A stretch of 64,000 bases of DNA. It comes from Eledone cirrhosa (Eukaryota). Position 1 is the first letter of the stretch. Every line of letters starts with the position of its first letter. The position numbers and the translations under genes were made by a program. Of this stretch, positions 1 to 12,700 are shown in pieces. The notes under the pieces are model-generated. The model worked only from the letters and a program-made list of their open reading frames with translations, was not told where the DNA came from and searched no databases. The stretch covers positions 419,988,001 to 420,052,000 of the forward strand of contig OZ024740.1 of assembly GCA_964016885.1 (NCBI GenBank), written 5' to 3'.

Positions 1-3000
1 CACTTAGATACATTGCCACACTCTGCTGATCTCTCTCAGATGAGCCACTGGTCTGTATTTTACTTAGATACATTGCCACACTTTGCTGATCTCTCTCAGA
101 TGAGCCACTGGTCTGTATTTCACTTAGATACATTGCCACACTCTGCTGATCTCTCTCAGATGAGCCACTGGCCTGTATTTCACTTAGATACATTGCCACA
201 CTCTGCTGATCTCTCTCAGATGAGCCACTGGTCTGTATTTCACTTAGATACATTGCCACACTCTGCTGTTCTCTCGCAGGTGAGCCACTGGTCTGTATTT
301 CACTTAGATACATTGCCACACTCTGCTGATCTCTCTCAGATGAGCCACTGGTCTGTATTTCACTTAGATACATTGCCACACTCTGCTGATCTCTCGCAGG
401 TGAGCCACTGGTCTGTATTTCACTTACATACATTGCCACACTCTGCTGATCTCTCTCAGATGAGCCACTGGTCTGTATTTCACTTAGATACATTGCCACA
501 CTCTGCTGATCTCTCTCAGATGAGCCACTGGTCTGTATTTTACTTAGATACATTGCCACACTTTGCTGATCTCTCTCAGATGAGCCACTGGTCTGTATTT
601 CACTTACATACATTGCCACACTCTGCTGATCTCTCTCAGGTGAGCCACTGGCCTGTATTTCACTTAGATACATTGCCACACTCTGCTGATCTCTCGCAGG
701 TGAGCCACTGGTCTGTATTTCACTTAGATACATTGCCACACTCTGCTGATCTCTCTCAGGTGAGCCAATGGCCTGTATTTCACTTACATACATTGCCACA
801 CTCTGCTGATCTCTCTCAGGTGAGCCACTGGTCTGTATTTCACTTACATACATTGCCACACTCTGCTGACCTCTCTCAGGTGGGCCACTGGTCTGTATTT
901 CACTTAGATACATTGCCATACTCTGCTGATCTCTCTCAGGTGAGCCACTGGTCTGTATTTCACTTACATACATTGCCACACTCTGCTGATCTCTCTCAGA
1001 TGAGCCACTGGTCTGTATTTCACTTAGATACATTGCCACACTCTGCTGATCTCTCTCAGATGAGCCACTGGTCTGTATTTCACTTAGATACATTGCCACA
1101 CTCTGCTGATCTCTCTCAGGTGAGCCACTGGTCTGTATTTCACTTAGATACATTGCCACACTCTGCTGATCTCTCTCAGATGAGCCACTGGCCTGTATTT
1201 CACTTAGATACATTGCCACACTCTGCTGATCTCTCTCAGATGAGCCACTGGTCTGTATTTCACTTACATACATTGCCACACTCTGCTGATCTCTCTCAGG
1301 TGAGCCACTGGCCTGTATTTCACTTAGATACATTGCCACACTCTGCTGATCTCTCGCAGGTGAGCCACTGGTCTGTATTTCACTTACATACATTGCCACA
1401 CTCTGCTGATCTCTCTCAGGTGAGCCACTCGCCTGTATTTCACTTAGATACATTGCCACACTCTGCTGATCTCTCTCAGGTGAGCCACTGGCCTGTATTT
1501 CACTTACATACATTGCCACACTCTGCTGATCTCTCTCAGGTGAGCCACTGGTCTGTATTTCACTTAGATACATTGCCACACTCTGCTGATCTCTCTCAGG
1601 TGAGCCACTGGTCTGTATTTCACTTACATACATTGCCACACTCTGCTGACCTCTCTCAGGTGGGCCACTGGTCTGTATTTCACTTAGATACATTGCCATA
1701 CTCTGCTGATCTCTCTCAGGTGAGCCACTGGTCTGTATTTCACTTACATACATTGCCACTCTCTGCTGATCTCTCTCAGATGAGCCACTGGTCTGTATTT
1801 CACTTAGATACATTGCCACACTCTGCTGATCTCTCTCAGATGAGCCACTGGTCTGTATTTCACTTAGATACATTGCCACACTCTGCTGATCTCTCTCAGG
1901 TGAGCCACTGGTCTGTATTTCACTTAGATAAATTGCCACACTCTGCTGATCTCTCGCAGGTGAGCCACTGGTCTGTATTTCACTTACATACATTGCCACA
2001 CTCTGCTGATCTCTCTCAGGTGAGCCACTGGTCTGTATTTCACTTAGATACATTGCCACACTCTGCTGATCTCTCGCAGGTGAGCCACTGGTCTGTATTT
2101 CACTTACATACATTGCCACACTCTGCTGATCTCTCTCAGATGAGCCACTGGTCTGTATTTCACTTAGATACATTGCCACACTCTGCTGATCTCTCTCAGG
2201 TGAGCCACTGGTCTGTATTTCACTTAGATACATTGCCACACTCTGCTGATCTCTCTCAGATGAGCCACTGGCCTGTATTTCACTTAGATACATTGCCACA
2301 CTCTGCTGATCTCTCGCAGGTGAGCCACTGGTCTGTATTTCACTTACATACATTGCCACACTCTGCTGATCTCTCTCAGGTGAGCCACTGGTCTGTATTT
2401 CACTTAGATACATTGCCACACTCTGCTGATCTCTCGCAGGTGAGCCACTGGTCTGTATTTCACTTACATACATTGCCACACTCTGCTGATCTCTCTCAGA
2501 TGAGCCACTGGTCTGTATTTCACTTAGATACATTGCCACACTCTGCTGATCTCTCTCAGATGAGCCACTGGTCTGTATTTTACTTAGATACATTGCCACA
2601 CTTTGCTGATCTCTCTCAGATGAGCCACTGGTCTGTATTTCACTTAGATACATTGCCACACTCTGCTGATCTCTCTCAGATGAGCCACTGGCCTGTATTT
2701 CACTTAGATACATTGCCACACTCTGCTGATCTCTCTCAGATGAGCCACTGGTCTGTATTTCACTTAGATACATTGCCACACTCTGCTGTTCTCTCGCAGG
2801 TGAGCCACTGGTCTGTATTTCACTTAGATACATTGCCACACTCTGCTGATCTCTCTCAGATGAGCCACTGGTCTGTATTTCACTTAGATACATTGCCACA
2901 CTCTGCTGATCTCTCGCAGGTGAGCCACTGGTCTGTATTTCACTTACATACATTGCCACACTCTGCTGATCTCTCTCAGATGAGCCACTGGTCTGTATTT

Positions 3001-5413
3001 CACTTAGATACATTGCCACACTCTGCTGATCTCTCTCAGATGAGCCACTGGTCTGTATTTTACTTAGATACATTGCCACACTTTGCTGATCTCTCTCAGA
3101 TGAGCCACTGGTCTGTATTTCACTTACATACATTGCCACACTCTGCTGATCTCTCTCAGGTGAGCCACTGGCCTGTATTTCACTTAGATACATTGCCACA
3201 CTCTGCTGATCTCTCGCAGGTGAGCCACTGGTCTGTATTTCACTTAGATACATTGCCACACTCTGCTGATCTCTCTCAGGTGAGCCAATGGCCTGTATTT
3301 CACTTACATACATTGCCACACTCTGCTGATCTCTCTCAGGTGAGCCACTGGTCTGTATTTCACTTACATACATTGCCACACTCTGCTGACCTCTCTCAGG
3401 TGGGCCACTGGTCTGTATTTCACTTAGATACATTGCCATACTCTGCTGATCTCTCTCAGGTGAGCCACTGGTCTGTATTTCACTTACATACATTGCCACA
3501 CTCTGCTGATCTCTCTCAGATGAGCCACTGGTCTGTATTTCACTTAGATACATTGCCACACTCTGCTGATCTCTCTCAGATGAGCCACTGGTCTGTATTT
3601 CACTTAGATACATTGCCACACTCTGCTGATCTCTCTCAGGTGAGCCACTGGTCTGTATTTCACTTAGATACATTGCCACACTCTGCTGATCTCTCTCAGA
3701 TGAGCCACTGGCCTGTATTTCACTTAGATACATTGCCACACTCTGCTGATCTCTCTCAGATGAGCCACTGGTCTGTATTTCACTTAGATACATTGCCACA
3801 CTCTGCTGATCTCTCTCAGATGAGCCACTGGCCTGTATTTCACTTAGATACATTGCCACACTCTGCTGATCTCTCGCAGGTGAGCCACTGGTCTGTATTT
3901 CACTTAGATACATTGCCACACTCTGCTGATCTCTCTCAGGTGAGCCACTGGTCTGTATTTCACTTAGATACATTGCCACACTCTGCTGATCTCTCGCACG
4001 TGAGCCACTGGTCTGTATTTCACTTAGATACATTGCCACACTCTGCTGATCTCTCTCAGATGAGCCACTGGTCTGTATTTCACTTACATACATTGCCACA
4101 CTCTGCTGATCTCTCTCAGATGAGCCACTGATCTGTATTTCACTTAGATACATTGCCACACTCTGCTGATCTCTCTCAGATGAGCCACTGGTCTGTATTT
4201 CACTTACATACATTGCCACACTCTGCTGATCTCTCTCAGGTGAGCCACTGGCCTGTATTTCACTTAGATACATTGCCACACTCTGCTGATCTCTCACAGG
4301 TGAGCCACTGGTCTGTATTTCACTTACATACATTGTCACACTCTGCTGATCTCTCTCAGGTGAGCCACTGGCCTGTATTTCACTTAGATACATTGCCACA
4401 CTCTGCTGATCTCTCTCAGGTGAGCCACTGGCCTGTATTTCACTTAGATACATTGCCACACTCTGCTGATCTCTATCAGGTGAGCCACTGGTCTGTATTT
4501 CACTTAGATACATTGCCACACTCTGCTGATCTCTCTCAGGTGGGCCACTCGTCTGTATTTCACTTAGATACATTGCCACACTCTGCTGACCTCTCTCAGG
4601 TGAGCCACTGGTCTGTATTTCACTTGCATACATTGCCACACTCTGCTGATCTCTCTCAGATGAGCCACTGGCCTGTATTTCACTTACATACATTGCCACT
4701 CTCTGCTGATCTCTCTCAGGTGAGCCACTGGTCTGTATTTCACTTAGATACATTGCCACACTCTGCTGATCTCTCTCAGGTGAGCCACTGGTCTGTATTT
4801 CACTCAGATACATTGCCACACTCTGCTGATCTCTCTCAGGTGAGCCACTGGTCTGTATTTCATTTACATACATTGCCACACTCTGCTGATCTCTCTCAGA
4901 TGAGCCACTGGTCTGTAGTTCACTTAGATACATTGCCACACTCTGCTGTTCTCTCTCAGATGAGCCACCCTGTCTGTATTTCACTTAGATACATTGCCAC
5001 ACTCTGCTGATCTCTGTCAGATGAGCCACTGGCCTGTATTTCACTTACATACATTGCCACACTCTTCTGTTCTCTCTCAGATGAGCCACTGGCCTGTATT
5101 TCACTTACATACATTGCCACACTCTGCTGATCTCTCTCAGATGAGCCACTGGCCTGTATTTCACTTACATACATTGCCACACTCTGCTGATCTCTCTCAG
5201 GTGAGCCACTGGCCTGTATTTTACTTAGATACATTGCCACACTCTGCTGATCTCTCTCAGGTGAGCCACTGGCCTGTATCTCACTTAGATACATTGCCAC
5301 ACTCTGCTGATCTCTCTCAGATGAGCCACTGGCCTTGTATTTCACTTACATACATTGCCACACTCTGCTGATCTCTCTCAGATGAGCCACTGGCCTGTAT
5401 TTCACTTACATAC
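1..5413. repeat. 60-bp tandem minisatellite/satellite array, about 90 copies visible, truncated by the window start
   Basis: Unit CACTTA[G/C]ATACATTGCCACACTCTGCTGATCTCTC[T/G]CAG[A/G]TGAGCCACTGG[T/C]CTGTATTT stays in exact 60-bp register from 1 to about 4968. Two +1 insertions follow (about 4970 and about 5335), and the array ends at ...CACTTACATAC (5413). Confidence 0.99.
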
Positions 5414-5472
5414 GTTCCCATATTCTTTATCATGGCTCCAACACTAGGGAGATTGTCACATCTTTGACACAA
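5410..5472 (-). CDS. Candidate 63-nt phase-0 internal exon (LCQRCDNLPSVGAMIKNMGTY), product unknown
   Basis: Minus strand reads cttttcAG|TTGTGT...ACGTAT|GTAAGT. The length is a multiple of 3 and only one of three frames is open. The pyrimidine tract is short and abuts an RTE relic, and no homologue was recognised. Confidence 0.3.
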
Positions 5473-5482
5473 CTGAAAAGTC

Positions 5483-5584
5483 CCCTTTTGTTGTTAACAG
5501 GAGTAGCAGAACCCTAAACTTCTTCCAACCTATCCTTATTCTAGCTACTGTGCTCTCCAAGCACCCTCATCCATAGCTAATTAG
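5483..5584 (-). mobile_element. Decayed RTE-clade non-LTR retrotransposon fragment (C-terminal part of the RT region)
   Basis: Minus-strand translation LISYG*GCLESTVARIRIGWKKFRVLLLLLTTKG matches the RTE-type 'GGC..S..ARIR..W.KFRELLPLL..KG' segment recalled from the family. It contains an in-frame stop. Confidence 0.8.
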
Positions 5585-5631
5585 TACAGTCCTTTGAGTG
5601 TTGACCCTGGGGGGTTTGCTCAGGCTCTCAG

Positions 5632-5700
5632 TACTCTGAGTTCCAATCTTACTGTCGTCAAGTTTGCCTTTCATCCTTTCTCAGTTTAAAAATAAAATAG
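5632..5700 (+). mobile_element. Degenerate tRNA-derived SINE fragment (B-box and core)
   Basis: B-box-like GTTCCAATC at 5640-5648 is followed by GTCAAGTTTGCCTTTCATCCTTTC and an A-rich tract. This resembles the octopus SINE core (...GTCGACTTTGCCTTTCATCCTTTC...) as recalled from memory. Confidence 0.6.
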
Positions 5701-5757
5701 CAGCCCAGGATTGTGGATTGGCAGAATAGCTAGAGCATTAGATAAGATGCTCTACAG

Positions 5758-6012
5758 CAGGGTTTCCCAAACTTTTTCAAATGTGGAACCTCTTTTGGTT
5801 CAGCAACTTTTGTGGGAACCCAAAACTCTAATACTGTTATATGGTCGTAATATAAATATACTTCTCTACTGTCATATGGTCATAATATAAATATACTCCT
5901 CTACCTCCCCAAACTCTAATACTGTTATATGGTTGTAATATAAATATATTCCTCTACCTTTTTTCATGGAACCCCAGACATTCCTTTGCGGAATTCACTT
6001 TGGGAACTACTG
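5758..6012. mobile_element. Non-autonomous hAT (Charlie-like) MITE, 255 bp
   Basis: Imperfect TIRs: CAGGGTTTCCCAAA and the reverse complement of the right end, CAGTAGTTCCCAAA (11/14). An 8-bp TSD CTCTACAG (5750-5757) / CTTTACAG (6013-6020) has one mismatch. 8-bp TSDs and CAG termini are hAT hallmarks. Confidence 0.8.
5820..5960. repeat. About three imperfect tandem copies (35-50 bp) inside the hAT MITE
   Basis: The core TGT[T/C]ATATGGT[C/T][G/A]TAATATAAATATA[C/T]T[T/C]CTCTAC occurs three times, and two copies carry the CCCAAA(A)CTCTAATAC leader. Confidence 0.9.
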
Positions 6013-6538
6013 CTTTACAGTGTCTGTTCTGGATCTTTTTGTTCTGACATCATCACCTATGACAACACTAGTGCCATGCTGTATCAGCGCTTACTTTTCC
6101 TAAGACAGCATTGCTGGTGGAGAGACTTGTATGTATGCACAACTGCTGGTTTTACATGAAAAACAAAACCTTACCCAGGCCTTCACACATTTTGCAAGTG
6201 CAGATCTATGCCCTTAAGAAACTCCGCCCTGTATATGATAGCTAAATCCATGGACCATCAAGCCAACATATTGTGTGGCGTTTGGTTATATCCCATTCCT
6301 CCTACTGAGATCAATAAAATCTAAATAGGAAAGATATTGTAGCAGAAGTTATGAATCAGTAGATTACTGGACAAAAGTTTTTACAATATTTGGTTGTTAT
6401 TTCATATTTTATATTCCAATATTTCTGAGGTTGATTTGTCTGTCTTAGTTTTGTAATCAATAAAATATATACCAGTTAAATACTCTCATTGAATTCACTA
6501 TTGTTTCTTCTAAAATTGGTGGTCTTCTACATATGTAA

Positions 6539-6744
6539 CCCTTTAACATTTACATTACGCTATATTTACTATTGTATTTTCATGGTAAAGGCTTTATCTC
6601 ACTTAATTATCTCACATAATATCGAATCTATGAGATTTTGGGAACAATACCTTAACATCAATATAAGCAGCCAGTTACAGCTGGTTTGTACAAAAAGAGG
6701 TGAGAGAATTCTGACCAGATATGGCTGGTATAACTGCTAAAGGG
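6539..6744. mobile_element. piggyBac-like MITE (CCC...GGG termini, TTAA target site), 206 bp
   Basis: Left end gTAA|CCCTTTAACATT and right end ACTGCTAAAGGG|TTAA form TIRs matching 10/12. The right TSD is TTAA (6745-6748) and the left is GTAA (6535-6538). There is no transposase. Confidence 0.75.
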
Positions 6745-9700
6745 TTAAGAAATCATATATATAGGGCAGATTATAGTTTTAACTGCTAAAGGGTTAAGAC
6801 ATCATATATATAGGACAGATTATAGTTTTAACTGTTAAAGGGTTAAGACATCATATATATAGGACAGATTATAGTTTTAACTGCTAAAGGGTTAAGACAT
6901 CATATATATAGGACAGATTATAGTTTGAACTACTAAAGGGTTAAGACATCATATATATAGGACAGGTTATAGTTTTAACTGCTAAAGGGTTAAGACATCA
7001 TATATATAGGACAGATTATAGTTTTAACTGCTAAAGGGTTAAGACATCATATATATAGGACAGGTTATAGTTTTAACTGCTAAAGGGTTAAGACATCATA
7101 TATATAGGGCAGATTATAGTTTTAACTGCTAAAGGGTTAAGAAATCATATATATAGTGCAGATTATAGTTTTAACTGCTAAGGGGTTAAGACATCATATA
7201 TATAGGACAGATTATAGTTTTAAATGTTAAAGGGTTAAGACATCATATATATAGGACAGGTTATAGTTTTAACTGTTAAAGGGTTAAGACATCATATATA
7301 TAGGACAGGTTATAGTTTTAACTGCTAAAGGGTTAAGACATCATATATATAGGACAGGTTATAGTTTTAACTGTTAAAGGGTTAAGACATCATGTATATC
7401 GGACAGATTATAGTTTTAACTGCTAAAGGGTTAAAACATCATATATATAGGACAGATTATAGTTTTAACTGCTAAAGGGTTAAGACAACATATATATAGG
7501 GCAGATTATAGTTTTAACTGCTAAAGGGTTAAGACATCATATATATAGGACAGATTATAGTTTTAACTGTTAAAGGGTTAAGACATCATATATATAGGAC
7601 AGATTATAGTTTTAACTGCTAAAGGGTTAAGACATCATATATATAGGACAGATTATAGTTTTAACTGTTAAAGGGTTAAGACATCATATATATAGGACAG
7701 ATTATAGTTTTAACTGCTAAAGGGTTAAGACATCATATATATAGGGCAGATTATAGTTTTAACTGCTAAAGGGTTAAGACATCATATATATAGGACAGAT
7801 TATAGTTTTAACTGTTAAAGGGTTAAGACATCATATATAAAGGACAGATTATAGTGTTCACTGCTAAAGGGTTAAGACATCATATATATAGGGCAGATTA
7901 TAGTTTTAACTGCTAAAGGGTTAAGACATCATATATATGGTGCAGATTATAGTTTTAGCTGCTAAAGGGTTAATACATCATATATATAGGACAGATTATA
8001 GTTTTAACCCCTAAAGGGTTAAAACATCATATATATAGGACAGATTATAGTTTTAACTGTTAAAGGATTAAGACATCAAATATATAGGACAGATTATAGT
8101 TTTAACTGCTAAAGGGTTAAGACATCATATATATAGTGCACATTATAGTTTTAACTGCTAAAGGGTTAAGACATCGTATATATATAGGACAGATTATAGT
8201 TTTAACTGCTAAAGGGTTAAGACATCATATATATAGGGCAGATTATAGTTTTAGCTGCTAAAGGGTTAAGACATCATATATATAGGACAGATTATAGTTT
8301 TAACTGTTAAAGGGTTAAGACATCATATATATAGGACAGATTATAGTTTTAAACCCTAAAGGGTTAAGACATATATATATAGGACAGATTATAGTTTTAA
8401 CAGTTAAAGGGTTAAGACATCATATATATAGAACAGATTATAATTTTAACTGCTAAAGGGTTAAGACATCATATATATAGGACAGATTATAGTTTTAACT
8501 GCTAAATGGTTAGTTAAGACATCATATATATAGGACAGATTATAGTTTTAACTGCTAAATGGTTAAGACATCATATATATAGGACAGATTATAGTTTTAA
8601 CTACTAAAGGGTTAAGACATCATATATATAGGACAGATTATAGTTTTAACTGTTAAAGGGTTAAGACATCATATATATAGGACAGATTATAGTTTTAACT
8701 GCTAAAGGGTTAGTTAAGACATCATATATATAGGGCAGATTATAGTTTTAACTTCTAAAGGGTTAAGACATCATATATATAGGACAGATTATAGTTTTAA
8801 CTGTTAAAGGATTAAGACATCATATATATAGTGCAGATTATAGTTTTAACTGCTAAAGGGTTAAGACATATATATAGGACAGATTATAGTTTTAACTGTT
8901 AAAGGGTTAAGACATCATATATATAGGACAGATAATAGTTTTAACTGCTAAAGGGTTAAGACATCATATATATAGTGCAGATTATAGTTTTAGCTGCTAA
9001 AGGGTTAATACATCTTATATATAGGACGGATTATAGTTTTAACCCCTAAAGGGTTAAGACATCATATATATAGGACAGATTATAGTTTTAACTGTTAAAG
9101 GATTAAGACATCAAATATATAGGACAGGTTATAGTTTTAACTGCTAAAGGGTTAAGACATCATATATATAGGACAGGTTATAGTTTTAACTGTTAAAGGG
9201 TTAAGACATCATGTATATCGGACAGATTATAGTTTTAACTGCTAAGGGGTTAAAACATCATATATATAGGACAGATTATAGTTTTAACTGCGAAAGGGTT
9301 AAGACATCATATATATAGGACAGATTATAGTTTTAACTGCTAAAGGGTTAAGACAACATATATATAGGGCAGATTATAGTTTTAACCGCTAAAGGGTTAA
9401 GACATCATATATATAGGACGGATTATAGTTTTAACTGTTAAAGGGTTATGACATCATATATATAGGACAGATTATAGTTTTAACTGCTAAAGGGTTAAGA
9501 CATCATATATATAGGACAGATTATAGTTTTAACTGTTAAAGGGTTAAGACATCATATATATAGGACAGATTATAGTTTTAACTGCTAAAGGGTTAAGACA
9601 TCATATATATAGCGCAGATTATAGTTTTAACTGCTAAAGGGTTAAGACATCATATATATAGGACAGATTATAGTTTTAACTGTTAAAGGGTTAAGACATC

Positions 9701-12700
9701 ATATATAAAGGACAGATTATAGTTTTCACTGCTAAACGGTTAAGATATCATATATATAGGGCAGATTATAGTTTTAACTGCTAAAGGGTTAATACATCAT
9801 ATATATAGGACAGATTATAGTTTTAACCCCTAAAGGGTTAAGACATCATATATATAGGACAGATTATAGTTTTAACTGTTAAAGGATTAAATATAGGACA
9901 GATTATAGTTTTAACTGCTAAAGGGTTAAGACATCATATATATAGTGCACATTATAGTTTTAACTGCTAAAGGGTTAAGACATCATATATATATAGGACA
10001 GATTATAGTTTTAACTGCTAAAGGGTTAAGACATCATATATATAGGGCAGATTATAGTTTTAGCTGCTAAAGGGTTAAGACATCATATATATAGGACAGA
10101 TTATAGTTTTAAACCCTAAAGGGTTAAGACATATATATAGGACAGATTATAGTTTTAACAGTTAAAGGGTTAAGACATCATATATATAGAACAGATTATA
10201 ATTTTAACTGCTAAAGGGTTAAGACATCATATATATAGGTCAGATTATAGTTTTCACTGCTAAAGGGTTAAGACATCATATATATAGGACAGATTATAGT
10301 TTTAACTGCTAAAGGGTTAAGACATCATATATATAGGACAGATTATAGTTTTAACTGCTAAAGGGTTAAGACATCATATATATAGGACAGATTATAGTTT
10401 TAACTGTTAAAGGGTTAAGGCATCATATATATAGGACAGATTATAGTTTTAGCTCCTAAAGGGTTAAGACATCATATATATAGGACAGATTATAGTTTTC
10501 ACTGCTAAAGGGTTAAAACACCAAATATATAGTGCAGATTATAGTTTTAACTGCTAAAGGCTTAAGACATCCTATATATAGGACAGATTATAGTTTTAAC
10601 TGCTAAAGGGTTAAGATATCATATATATAGGACAGATCATAATTTTAACTGTTAAAGGGTTAAGACATCATATATATAGGACAGATTATAGTTTTAACTA
10701 CTAAAGGGTTAAGACATCATATATATAGGACAGATTATAGTTTTAACTGCTAAAGGGTTAAGACATCATATATATAGGACGGATTATAGTTTTAACTGTT
10801 AAAGGGTTAAGACATCATATATATAGGACAGATTATAGTTTTAACTGCTAAAGGGTTAAGACATCATATATATAGGGCAGATTATAGTTTTAACTGCTAA
10901 AGGGTTAAGACATCATATATATAGGACAGATTATAGTTTTAACTGTTAAAGGGTTAAGACATCATATATATAGGACAGGTTATAGTTTTAACTGTTAAAG
11001 GGTTAAGACATCATGTATATCGGACAGATTATAGTTTTAACTGCTAAAGGGTTAAAACATCATATATATAGGACAGATTATAGTTTTAACTGCTAAAGGG
11101 TTAAGACAACATATATATAGGGCAGATTATAGTTTTAACTGCTAAAGGGTTAAGACATCATATATATAGGACAGATTATAGTTTAAACTGTTAAAGGGTT
11201 AAGACATCATATATATAGGACAGATTATAGTTTTAACTGCTAAAGGGTTAAGACATCATATATATAGGACAGATTATAGTTTTAACTGTTAAAGGGTTAA
11301 GACATCATATATATAGGACAGATTATAGTTTTAACTGCTAAAGGGTTAAGACATCATATATATAGGGCAGATTATAGTTTTAACTGCTAAAGGGTTAAGA
11401 CATCATATATATAGGACAGATTATAGTTTTAACTGTTAAAGGGTTAAGACATCATATATAAAGGTTAGTTAAGACATCATATATATAGGGCAGATTATAG
11501 TTTTAACTTCTAAAGGGTTAAGACATCATATATATAGGACAGATTATAGTTTTAACTGTTAAAGGATTAAGACATCATATATATAGTGCAGATTATACTT
11601 TTAACTGCTAAAGGGTTAAGACATCATATATATAGGACAGATTATAGTTTTAACTGTTAAAGGGTTAAGACATCATATATATAGGACAGATAATAGTTTT
11701 AACTGCTAAAGGGTTAAGACATCATATATATAGTGCAGATTATAGTTTTAGCTGCTAAAGGGTTAATACATCTTATATATAGGACGGATTATAGTTTTAA
11801 CCCCTAAAGGGTTAAGACATCATATATATAGGACAGATTATAGTTTTAACTGTTAAAGGATTAAGACATCAAATATATAGGACTGGTTATAGTTTTAACT
11901 GCTAAAGGGTTAAGACATCATATATATAGGACAGGTTATAGTTTTAACTGTTAAAGGGTTAAGACATCATGTATATCGGACAGATTATAGTTTTAACTGC
12001 TAAAGGGTTAAAACATCATATATATAGGACAGATTATAGTTTTAACTGCGAAAGGGTTAAGACATCATATATATAGGACAGATTATAGTTTTAACTGCTA
12101 AAGGGTTAAGACAACATATATATAGGGCAGATTATAGTTTTAACTGCTAAAGGGTTAAGACATCATATATATAGGACGGATTATAGTTTTAACTGTTAAA
12201 GGGTTAAGACATCATATATATAGGACAGATTATAGTTTTAACTGCTAAAGGGTTAAGACATCATATATATAGGACAGATTATAGTTTTAACTGTTAAAGG
12301 GTTAAGACATCATATATATAGGACAGATTATAGTTTTAACTTCTAAAGGGTTAAGACATCATATATATAGGGCAGATTATAGTTTTAACTGCTAAAGGGT
12401 TAAGACATCATATATATAGGACAGATTATAGTTTTAACTGTTAAAGGGTTAAGACATCATATATAAAGGACAGATTATAGTTTTCACTGCTAAACGGTTA
12501 AGACATCATATATATAGGGCAGATTATAGTTTTAACTGCTAAAGGGTTAATACATCATATATATAGGACAGATTATAGTTTTAACCCCTAAAGGGTTAAG
12601 ACATCATATATACAGGACAGATTATAGTTTTAACTGTTAAAGGATTAAATATAGGACAGATTATAGTTTTAACTGCTAAAGGGTTAAGACATCATATATA

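Larger units (their letters stand above)
5712..6047 (+). mobile_element. 5' part of a second tRNA-derived SINE, interrupted by a hAT MITE
   Basis: A-box-like TGGCAGAATAG lies at 5719-5729. Joining 5712-5757 to 6021-6047 across the MITE gives a continuous SINE head (...AAGATGCTCTACAG|TGTCTGTTCTGGATCTTTTTGTTCTGA) that stops just before the B-box. Confidence 0.55.

Noticed and set aside
13-5371. Plus-strand ORFs of 1372, 285 and 125 aa (HSADLSQ.SHW.VFHLDTLP repeats) as genes
   Set aside because: They are pure translations of a 60-bp stop-free unit, start at TTG, have no unique N- or C-terminal domain, and are broken by a point stop and frameshifts.
6105-6128. Possible 24-nt plus-strand microexon (cttttcctaAG|ACAGCA...GACTT|GTATGT)
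   Set aside because: Too short to distinguish from chance in AT-rich DNA.
6175-6320. Possible 146-nt minus-strand exon (ctttcctatttAG ... GG|GTAAG)
   Set aside because: The splice-like boundaries are good, but all three frames contain stops. It could only be a non-coding or pseudo-exon, and nothing else supports it.
6489-6740. 83-aa ORF
   Set aside because: It has a TTG start, spans the non-autonomous MITE and shows no recognisable transposase motifs.
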